31,303 nucleotides of DNA. Origin: a virus (taxonomy: Duplodnaviria > Caudoviricetes). Each line of letters starts with the position of its first letter. Within the stretch, counting starts at the first letter, position 1. Both the position numbers and the translations under genes were made by a program. Positions 24,263 to 31,303 of the stretch are shown piece by piece. Location: the IMG/VR virus record IMGVR_UViG_3300021408_000087, positions 1-31,303 of that record; one strand, written 5' to 3'. The notes beneath the pieces were generated by a model. It saw only the letters and a program-made list of their open reading frames with translations, was not told the origin of the DNA and searched no databases.

Positions 24263-26332
24263 TTAGTTACTTATTCCTCCTGAAACTACCCCCACTATGG
24301 CAAATGACCTGTCTCCGCCTCCTATTCCTGTATAGGTCGGGGTGATGGTTGTAGGAAGAGGAAATGCAGTATTTTGGAAACAAAGACCCATAATTGTATC
24401 TAATCCACTTCGAGTAAAAGTAACAGTTGTATTATCTGCTGTTAGAGCAAGATAATACGTACCAGGAGTAATTACTGCAGATGCAGTAAAATTTACCGTT
24501 GCTTTTGTGTTAGCGGTAGGACATGCAGTTGATCCAGAAGAAGCAAGTCTTGAAAATGAAGCATCGTATAACCCAACATCAATGTTTCCACTAGATACTG
24601 TTACCCCGATTCTGATTCCCGTTATTGTACAAGGTTGGGTAACTTCACATACAATGAGCCATGCCCTATTAGCTGCATTAGTATTTGCTGCTGCATTTGG
24701 TGCGTATGTTGTATTTCCTATAAAAGGAGGTATGTAAGAGGATCCGCCAGCAGGAGTTGTATAAGTTCCATCTTCGCTTAAATAATTTGTAGAGCTTCCT
24801 CCTGTTGTGATAACTACTCCATTGATACTTGTTGCAGTAGCGACTCCTAAAGTGGGGGTAATAAATGTTGGAGAAGTGTTCATTGCTACGACACCTGTAC
24901 CAGTAGTGGAATACTCACCAAGCACGCCTCCATTATTCATAAGTACTCTAAAGTTTGTACCTGATGTTATGGTGGTTGTTCCGATAGTGAGTCCCTCAAT
25001 TGGAATATCTGCAAATGAAAGTTGGCCATTGTCGTCAGTGATGACCATTTTAGTGGTTCCTGAAGTTGTTGGAGCTGTTGATCCTGTATCAAGAGCGGTA
25101 ATTGTTACATTTCCATTTGCAAGAATACGCACTCGTTCAGTATTGTTTGTCCCAAAAATAAGATCTTTTGCTGCTAAGGTACCAATAGCTAGATTTCGTG
25201 TTGTCCCTCCAGTATTGAAAATAAAATCAGCTGTTGGTCTGTTTTGCCCAAATATAGTAGATTGGCTATTATTTATTCCTGGTTGTGAGAAAGCTATATA
25301 ATGACCTGTTGAATCTTGAAGAATAAATCTAAAGTCGGCGGTAGTACCAGCATTGACATTGGACATTGCTAATCCTGAAACACCATTTTCATTTGCTGAA
25401 ATGATTGTTACAGGCCCTGTAGTAAACGGGACTCCTGCTGGGGGTGTGAAAAAGCCACCAATATCAAATTTTCCTTTCGGAGTATTAGTTCCTATCCCTA
25501 TTCTGTCAGTTGAAGCATCTACAAAGAATAAATTTTGATCTGTATCACCTTCTATTCTAAAATCTACATTAAGTCCCCCTTCATTAAATATCGCACCACC
25601 GTTTGTCGAAATGTTACTATCTATAGTCCATAGATTTGTAAAAGCAATAATTGATCCTCCCCCATAGGGGTTTTGAATCGTTCCTATAACAAGTGAACCT
25701 GGTGATCCTACACTATCCACCCAATACAATGAACCACTTGCTGTTTGTGTAATAACAGTGGTATGCCCATATCCATTATCGACAAGAGCAAGACCTGAAT
25801 CTGCATATCCCATTGCCCCCCCTCCTACACGGAAGTATCTGAAAATATATTGTAAGTTACTATCTACTCCCCCTGCTCCAGCATACCCATGCCCAAAATA
25901 GGTTTTGTAATCAGTATCTAAAAATAGCTCTGTGTGTCTCGTACTGTTATAGAGGACAGTTTGTGCTGAGGTTCCAGTGATTTTAAGTGCCCCATCAAAG
26001 ATAATGTTTGCAGAATAATCAAAGTCGTCATCAGTACTATTCATGAAAGGGATTTGTCCCTCAGTTCCAAAACTAACAGAACCACCCCCTGAAGCATTTA
26101 TAGTTATAGTATTGCCTACTGTATCAAAAGTGATATTCGTTCCTGCGGCAAGAGTAATAGCACCTGTAAGGCCGTTAATAGAAGAAACTCCCGAAGACGA
26201 AATATCCGCTTTTATTAAAAGACGTTTACTGATAGGATCCACTCGCAACATGCGAATGTCTTGATCTGCGTCATCTGTGACGCCTCCAAGTACTGTTATA
26301 AAATTTTGATCTCTTTTTAGTATTTCATCCAT
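24263..26332 (-). CDS. Tail fibre / receptor-binding protein
   Basis: 689 aa, Gly/Thr-rich; VSSINGLTGAITL, RIGIGTNTP and FGTNNTERVRILANGNV fibre motifs. Confidence 0.8.
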   Translation of the reverse strand: MDEILKRDQNFITVLGGVTDDADQDIRMLRVDPISKRLLIKADISSSGVSSINGLTGAITLAAGTNITFDTVGNTITINASGGGSVSFGTEGQIPFMNSTDDDFDYSANIIFDGALKITGTSAQTVLYNSTRHTELFLDTDYKTYFGHGYAGAGGVDSNLQYIFRYFRVGGGAMGYADSGLALVDNGYGHTTVITQTASGSLYWVDSVGSPGSLVIGTIQNPYGGGSIIAFTNLWTIDSNISTNGGAIFNEGGLNVDFRIEGDTDQNLFFVDASTDRIGIGTNTPKGKFDIGGFFTPPAGVPFTTGPVTIISANENGVSGLAMSNVNAGTTADFRFILQDSTGHYIAFSQPGINNSQSTIFGQNRPTADFIFNTGGTTRNLAIGTLAAKDLIFGTNNTERVRILANGNVTITALDTGSTAPTTSGTTKMVITDDNGQLSFADIPIEGLTIGTTTITSGTNFRVLMNNGGVLGEYSTTGTGVVAMNTSPTFITPTLGVATATSINGVVITTGGSSTNYLSEDGTYTTPAGGSSYIPPFIGNTTYAPNAAANTNAANRAWLIVCEVTQPCTITGIRIGVTVSSGNIDVGLYDASFSRLASSGSTACPTANTKATVNFTASAVITPGTYYLALTADNTTVTFTRSGLDTIMGLCFQNTAFPLPTTITPTYTGIGGGDRSFAIVGVVSGGISN

Positions 26333-26410
26333 AGCGGTTGACTTAATTTCTTGGACATGCTATTAATTTCTTATAAGGATATTTCCTTTATTATTTCTTT
26401 AGATATTTTT

Positions 26411-26854
26411 ATGTTTTCTATGATTAAATCTTTATTATTCGGATTCTTATTAGCTCTTCTCGTTCCTTTACTAGGGTATGCCCAAACATATCCAGACGGC
26501 TGTACTCCTGGGAGTAACTTTAGTGTGACAACAGGAAAATCTTGTTTGATTTACAGTCCTACATATACTGTTAACCCTGAATCATTCAATGTCCCTCTTA
26601 CGCTCATACAACTTCAAACCATCGTACAATCTCAATACCTACGAATAATGGATCTTGAGAAAGAGGTTCGTGAACTTCAGGGTGTGAAGGGTTGGTATCA
26701 AGAGAGAGAAGATTCCACAGAACGAGCTAAGGAAGAAGCTGAGAGAGAAGAAAAGAATAAGAAGAATCTTCCTAACAATCAGACGCTTCCTCCTGGGGGG
26801 TGCCAAGGTGGTGTAGGACTTTTAGGATGTGGAGGTGGGAGTGCCTCTGCATAA
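26411..26854 (+). CDS. Secreted protein (signal peptide, Cys-pair motif, coiled coil)
   Basis: MIKSLLFGFLLALLVPLLGYA|QTYPDGCTPGSNFSVTTGKSC; the only credible plus-strand gene. Start at 26411 or 26420. Confidence 0.7.
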   Translation: MFSMIKSLLFGFLLALLVPLLGYAQTYPDGCTPGSNFSVTTGKSCLIYSPTYTVNPESFNVPLTLIQLQTIVQSQYLRIMDLEKEVRELQGVKGWYQEREDSTERAKEEAEREEKNKKNLPNNQTLPPGGCQGGVGLLGCGGGSASA

Positions 26855-26884
26855 ATGAGTTTAACGACTTCATTGGTCACATCT

Positions 26885-29641
26885 TTAGTCTAATTTGAGA
26901 CGACTTTGTATCTGTTGAAGATACTTGTCTTTCTCCTTCATTCGATCAGGATCAATGAACCCTCGAAATCCCATATGGTATATAGCGATTGCGTCCTCAA
27001 TAGGGACGTTTCGCTTTTTCATGATGTCTGAAAGAGCAAGAGCAGTTACTGCGATATTATCCTCAGCATTTTTTGGATCATATTTTCTGCCGTATTCTTT
27101 CTGGAAGTCATCGCTGTATTCCTGTATGAAGCTTGGGGTGTGCTGACCGATACCAGTGTCCTTATCACCCTTGTTTACAAAGGAAGGGTCCCATGAACCT
27201 GTTTTTGTTTTCTTTGCTTCGGTGTCAAGTATTGCTCCGAGATAGTTACTCGGAATGCCATATTTTTTGGCAACTTTTCCAACAACAGAACGATACTGTT
27301 CTGGAACAAATTCCGGTACTGATTCAGCTTCCGCTTTAAACTCTTTTTGAGCTTTTGGCTTCAATGCTGATGCGACAGCTCCTAATCCTGTGGTTGCTCC
27401 TCCTGCTAATAACGCTTTTAGCTTAATATTTCCCTTGTTGTCTTTTGTAGAAGAGAGTACTTTTGGCGGCTCATTCACACTCGCTAAACTACTTTTATTT
27501 TTTGGTATCTTCCCTGCATCAATAACAGGAAGTTGATCATTTGAAGTATAGAGTTCAGGGTTTTTACCTGTCATTACAGGTTTCGTCTTAGGTGCTTCAA
27601 TCGATAATCGTGGTGGAAGAAATTCTCCTTTCATTGAAACAGATGGTTTTCCTTGAATTACTTGAACTTTATCAAGCAAAGGATCAAACGGGGCATTCAT
27701 TGGAATTGGTACTTTTCCACTTGGGCCAGGTAAACTTAAGGTTGGTGTTTTCTTTTCAGCATTCTTTGTATTTACAAGTTGTTCTAGTTTTTGCAGAATT
27801 GTTTCTGCAGGGAGTTCATTTTTAAGTATATTTTCAAATACAGTTAAATTTTTTGCTAATTGATTTTCAAGATCAATAGCATTCAATGTTTTAAGCCCAA
27901 CATTACTTGGAAATCCCGCTTGAAGAAATCCTTTTACAGTTCCTCCTGAAAGCGTATCAATTATTTGGAATATACGACGGCCTAATTTTGCTCCTATACC
28001 TCGTTCGGTTACTTTCTTCTTTAGATCACTAACAGCTGTTTCCATTTTTCCTGCCAAATCACGAAGTCGGTAAAGACTTGAAAGTGCCTCATCGGTTGCT
28101 TCGTACGCTTCATCGCCAAAGATGCCACGCGCTGTAGTCTTAATTCCTTGTCGAGTATTCTCAAATGCCTGCTTCTTGAGAGCTGACGCCAGTTCTCCAT
28201 TAGCATTGTAGGCTTCAAGCGCTATCCCATGTTCTCGTGCAATATTATTAATTTCTTTTACTGTCAGACCTTCTTTTTCAGCTCGTACTCTTAATTGTCT
28301 AACTTGTTCAGCTTTAATAGGATCATTAATGGTTGTGTAATGATCCTCTAACTGATTTAAAGCGGCGGAAACGTGGTTTTGAGATACATCCTTAGTACCA
28401 ACTCGTTCTGATGTATTTGCATTATTTAGGGTTGTCTTCGTACTATTAGTGTCAAAAAGCGCATCTTCCTTTTCAGAAATTGCCTTGATTTTAACGTCAG
28501 CTGCTTCACGCAGGTCTTTATATGATTTAACACTAGAACGATCAATTTCAAGGAGAGCCTGTTTAGCCGCTTGAACATCTTCTGGTTTTCCTTGCGTGAT
28601 TGCCTTTACTAGGTCATCAACATTTTTTGTTGTTTTACCAAACAATGACTGAAGTCCTTTACTAGCTAATGCTGTACCTCCTCCGAGTGTGCCACCTGTA
28701 AGACCACCTGTCACAATTCCAACTGCAGTATCTTTTAATGTATCAATAGCGTTTTTATCTTGTTCTAGAGCTTGACCTCCCATAGAAAGACCACCTGCAA
28801 TAGCCCCGGTTTTTGCAGTTTGGATAGCCGCATTTTTAACAAAACCCTTTCCTATCTGAGTTGCTATTTGTGCACCTTTTCCTACAGGTATAAAGTTTGC
28901 AGCTATTTCAGCTGCTCCTCCCACAACGTCTTTAACGCGTTGCCATGTTGTCTGTCCTTCTTTCATACCAAACCCTGATACATCTCCTAAATATTCGTTA
29001 TATTGACTCTCTGGAGCCTTTCCTAGAGCTTTTAACGTAGGTTGTACAACTGTATTAACTCCTCGCACTAATGGTCGAATAAATCCTCGAAGAAAATTCC
29101 CTGCTGCAGTTGGTTCTGCCTTATCAGGGTTAGTTGATACTGGTTGTTGTTGTGCAATAAGTTCTTCACGCTGTTGATTCACACTTTCTTCAGGCAATTG
29201 AGATTGTTCCTGAATAGAAGGACTACTTCCTTGCCCTTTTGACTCATTATAAAATTGAGATACCTTTTTAACATAATCAGGAACATTAAATGTAACCCCG
29301 AGATTATTCGTTCCTTTAAGACCATCTTTGTATGCATTCTCACGTCCTGAATTCCATTTTGAAGCAATTTGAGCAGGGGTAAGACCCATGTCTTTCCACT
29401 TTTTAACTTGTGAATAAGCAACCTTATTTTGATTTTCAATAGTCATTGGAGCATTATCAATACCTAAATGATCTTTACTCCATTCCTTCCATGTTGATGG
29501 CATAAATTGATAACGGCCACTCTCCCCTGAAGCCCCCTTTTTGTTATATGCATCAGGAGACGCATCTCCTGTTTCAGCACGTCCAATTGACTTTGCGAGA
29601 TTTAATGCTTGTTGATCGAGTGTAGGATTCATATTTACCAA
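26885..29641 (-). CDS. Ejection/internal virion protein with N- and C-terminal lytic-transglycosylase-like domains
   Basis: N: IGRAETG...GESGRYQFMPSTW...SKWNSG. C: KKYGIP...AILDTEA...GIGQHTP...DPKNAEDNI...AIAIYHMG. Confidence 0.75.
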   Translation of the reverse strand: MVNMNPTLDQQALNLAKSIGRAETGDASPDAYNKKGASGESGRYQFMPSTWKEWSKDHLGIDNAPMTIENQNKVAYSQVKKWKDMGLTPAQIASKWNSGRENAYKDGLKGTNNLGVTFNVPDYVKKVSQFYNESKGQGSSPSIQEQSQLPEESVNQQREELIAQQQPVSTNPDKAEPTAAGNFLRGFIRPLVRGVNTVVQPTLKALGKAPESQYNEYLGDVSGFGMKEGQTTWQRVKDVVGGAAEIAANFIPVGKGAQIATQIGKGFVKNAAIQTAKTGAIAGGLSMGGQALEQDKNAIDTLKDTAVGIVTGGLTGGTLGGGTALASKGLQSLFGKTTKNVDDLVKAITQGKPEDVQAAKQALLEIDRSSVKSYKDLREAADVKIKAISEKEDALFDTNSTKTTLNNANTSERVGTKDVSQNHVSAALNQLEDHYTTINDPIKAEQVRQLRVRAEKEGLTVKEINNIAREHGIALEAYNANGELASALKKQAFENTRQGIKTTARGIFGDEAYEATDEALSSLYRLRDLAGKMETAVSDLKKKVTERGIGAKLGRRIFQIIDTLSGGTVKGFLQAGFPSNVGLKTLNAIDLENQLAKNLTVFENILKNELPAETILQKLEQLVNTKNAEKKTPTLSLPGPSGKVPIPMNAPFDPLLDKVQVIQGKPSVSMKGEFLPPRLSIEAPKTKPVMTGKNPELYTSNDQLPVIDAGKIPKNKSSLASVNEPPKVLSSTKDNKGNIKLKALLAGGATTGLGAVASALKPKAQKEFKAEAESVPEFVPEQYRSVVGKVAKKYGIPSNYLGAILDTEAKKTKTGSWDPSFVNKGDKDTGIGQHTPSFIQEYSDDFQKEYGRKYDPKNAEDNIAVTALALSDIMKKRNVPIEDAIAIYHMGFRGFIDPDRMKEKDKYLQQIQSRLKLD

Positions 29642-30963
29642 ACTTCTGCAAAACTATTGCTGGATTGACCACTTCCAGTTGAAGAACCAGTTCCTGAATA
29701 GTTAGTTATGGTTCTATTCTTTCCTGCATACGCATCATCAATCTGACGTTGATACTGTGCTGCTACGTTATCGTATGCTGATTTCTTAGCTTGAAGGACA
29801 TTGTTAAGAGTTGTGAGCATATTGTTACGAGCTTCATCGGTAAGAAATCCTCGAGCATCAAATGCGCGTGCCACATTGATTCCCATACGTTGAAGAAGTG
29901 CCGTGGAGTAATCTTGAACAGTTTTATATTCTCCTTCTCGAACCACAGATGTTGGATCCATGACTTTTGCAAAAGCGTAGATACGTTGAATATCATCAGT
30001 AGGGCTTTGACCTGCATTTTGCAACGCTGAAATTGTTGATTGTACGGAGTTGTATTCTTTAACCGTTGGTTCGTTATCAAATGCCCCAGCGATTGAATTA
30101 ACAGTAGTATTGATTTGAGCCGGGGTAAGACCTGTTGCCTGAGCTTTTCGATTTGCATCTTCTGTTTGATATTCTTGGAATGTTCCTGAATAACCGCTCT
30201 TTTTAGCATACTCATATTCCTGGGCAGATGCTGGAAGATTGGTCTGTGCATCTGCATCAGCTTGTGCCTGGGCCTGTTCTGCTTCATATACAGATTTTCC
30301 AGCATTAAGCATTTGATTATAGATGTCAGTATTTGCACCTTTAGCAATTGCTAGGTCAGCTAGAGATTTGTTAGAAAGCCGTTCATTTTCTCCAAGTTGG
30401 TAGTCTTGTCCTGTTTTAAGTTGCCCAACTTCATTCTTTCGAAGCTCATCTTCCCTATCTCGGGAACGTTCTAATTCACGAGATGTTCGTTCATTCAACG
30501 CCTGTGTATTATCAGAAGCAATTTTCAATTGTTCAGGATTAAACATAGATTTTAGATATTCAATATAAGCGCTTTCTTTTTTAGGGGTACCAGAAGAAAC
30601 TGATGGAGAAGATTGTATTGTTTTAGAAGCATTTACCTCAGGAAGTCCCTGAGTCTTTCCATAGTCAGTTAACAAACCTGTTGTGGTGTTATATGCAGGC
30701 TGTTGATTTGCTATTGAAGAAACATACTGTTGGCCAGACTGAGGAAGCGGAGTAATAGTTGTCGGCTTTGTAGAAGTAGCCCCAGCAGTTGATGAAATAA
30801 AGTTATTTTTAGGAGTAGTACTAGTAGTAGCCACAGGTGCTACTGACATATTCGAAGTTGCTGGCTTTGCAACTCCAAACTGCCCTTGAATAGAGCTTTT
30901 AAGATCAGTAGAGTTTCCTCCGATGCCGTTTACAAATTTTTTGATTAAAGTGTTTAGTGCCAT
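29635..30963 (-). CDS. Ejection/internal virion protein
   Basis: 442 aa; PASAQEYEYA and IYAFAKVMDPTSVVREGEY motifs that I associate with podovirus internal proteins; position before the transglycosylase protein. Confidence 0.6.
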   Translation of the reverse strand: MALNTLIKKFVNGIGGNSTDLKSSIQGQFGVAKPATSNMSVAPVATTSTTPKNNFISSTAGATSTKPTTITPLPQSGQQYVSSIANQQPAYNTTTGLLTDYGKTQGLPEVNASKTIQSSPSVSSGTPKKESAYIEYLKSMFNPEQLKIASDNTQALNERTSRELERSRDREDELRKNEVGQLKTGQDYQLGENERLSNKSLADLAIAKGANTDIYNQMLNAGKSVYEAEQAQAQADADAQTNLPASAQEYEYAKKSGYSGTFQEYQTEDANRKAQATGLTPAQINTTVNSIAGAFDNEPTVKEYNSVQSTISALQNAGQSPTDDIQRIYAFAKVMDPTSVVREGEYKTVQDYSTALLQRMGINVARAFDARGFLTDEARNNMLTTLNNVLQAKKSAYDNVAAQYQRQIDDAYAGKNRTITNYSGTGSSTGSGQSSNSFAEVW

Positions 30964-30976
30964 ATGATTACATTAA

Positions 30977-31303
30977 TTAATTAAATCCAGTTGCCTGAGA
31001 CCATGGAAAATAGTACGGCGTTCCTGAAACCATGTTGTTCGACGATCCGAATGGTGGAACATAGCTTCCTTCCTCTGTCTCTCCTTCATTAGCAAGCATT
31101 TGTCCAATGAGACCACCATATTCCTTGCTATATCCAGCCTCGTTTCCTCCATCATATTTAAGCCAATATGTCTTTGCTTTTGCGGAATCTTGTTTATTTT
31201 CCCAATATAATGCAGATGAACGATATACAATCGCCATTTGATATGCCTCGGGTATCACAGAAACCTGCCCAATGACATACTCTGCAGATCCAGCAACAAT
31301 AGA
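30977..31303 (-). CDS. Probable head-tail adaptor, 5' truncated by the window edge
   Basis: Frame open to the window end; IPEAYQMAIVYRSSALYW resembles adaptor C-terminal motifs. Confidence 0.5.
   Translation of the reverse strand, partial: SIVAGSAEYVIGQVSVIPEAYQMAIVYRSSALYWENKQDSAKAKTYWLKYDGGNEAGYSKEYGGLIGQMLANEGETEEGSYVPPFGSSNNMVSGTPYYFPWSQATGFN

Noticed and set aside
24263-24700. DGR variable region at the tail-fibre C-terminus
   Set aside because: Codons are AT-rich with many ending in A or T; no NNC bias.
1-31303. Stop-codon reassignment
   Set aside because: Genes are full length and tightly packed under the standard code; TGA and TAG both end genes at neighbour junctions.

Overview
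The window is a roughly 31 kb segment of a tailed dsDNA phage (or prophage) with P22-like podovirus gene order. Almost all genes are on the minus strand. In transcription order (high to low coordinates) it contains: a probable head-tail adaptor (partial); two probable ejection proteins, one with two lytic-transglycosylase-like domains; a lone plus-strand secreted protein; a tail fibre; a lysis cassette (membrane protein, HExxH+DUF5675 enzyme, membrane protein); an integrase-N/HTH protein; an early promoter with a structured leader of about 400 nt; recombination and replication genes (PD-(D/E)XK nuclease, SSB-like, wHTH, replication initiator with internal iteron-like repeats, VRR-NUC, HNH, NinB-like, MT-A70 methylase); many small ORFs; a YegP/DUF1508 moron; terS, groES-groEL and terL; portal, scaffold, major capsid and two more virion proteins. 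Weak hints point to a Patescibacteria (CPR) host. Best leads: (1) a 132-nt GC-rich segment with no A-ending codons in a small early gene, which looks like a DGR variable region although no template repeat or reverse transcriptase is in the window; (2) a groES-groEL pair inside the terminase module, whose GroEL has Asn at the catalytic D398 position and altered inter-ring contacts resembling the single-ring SR1 mutant; (3) a dispersed set of 70-100 nt intergenic structures with long closing stems whose G-U pairs favour the transcribed strand, including a linker-free four-way junction, plus an interleaved A-B-A'-B' inverted-repeat element after the lysis genes. All calls come from motif recognition by eye; no searches were run.
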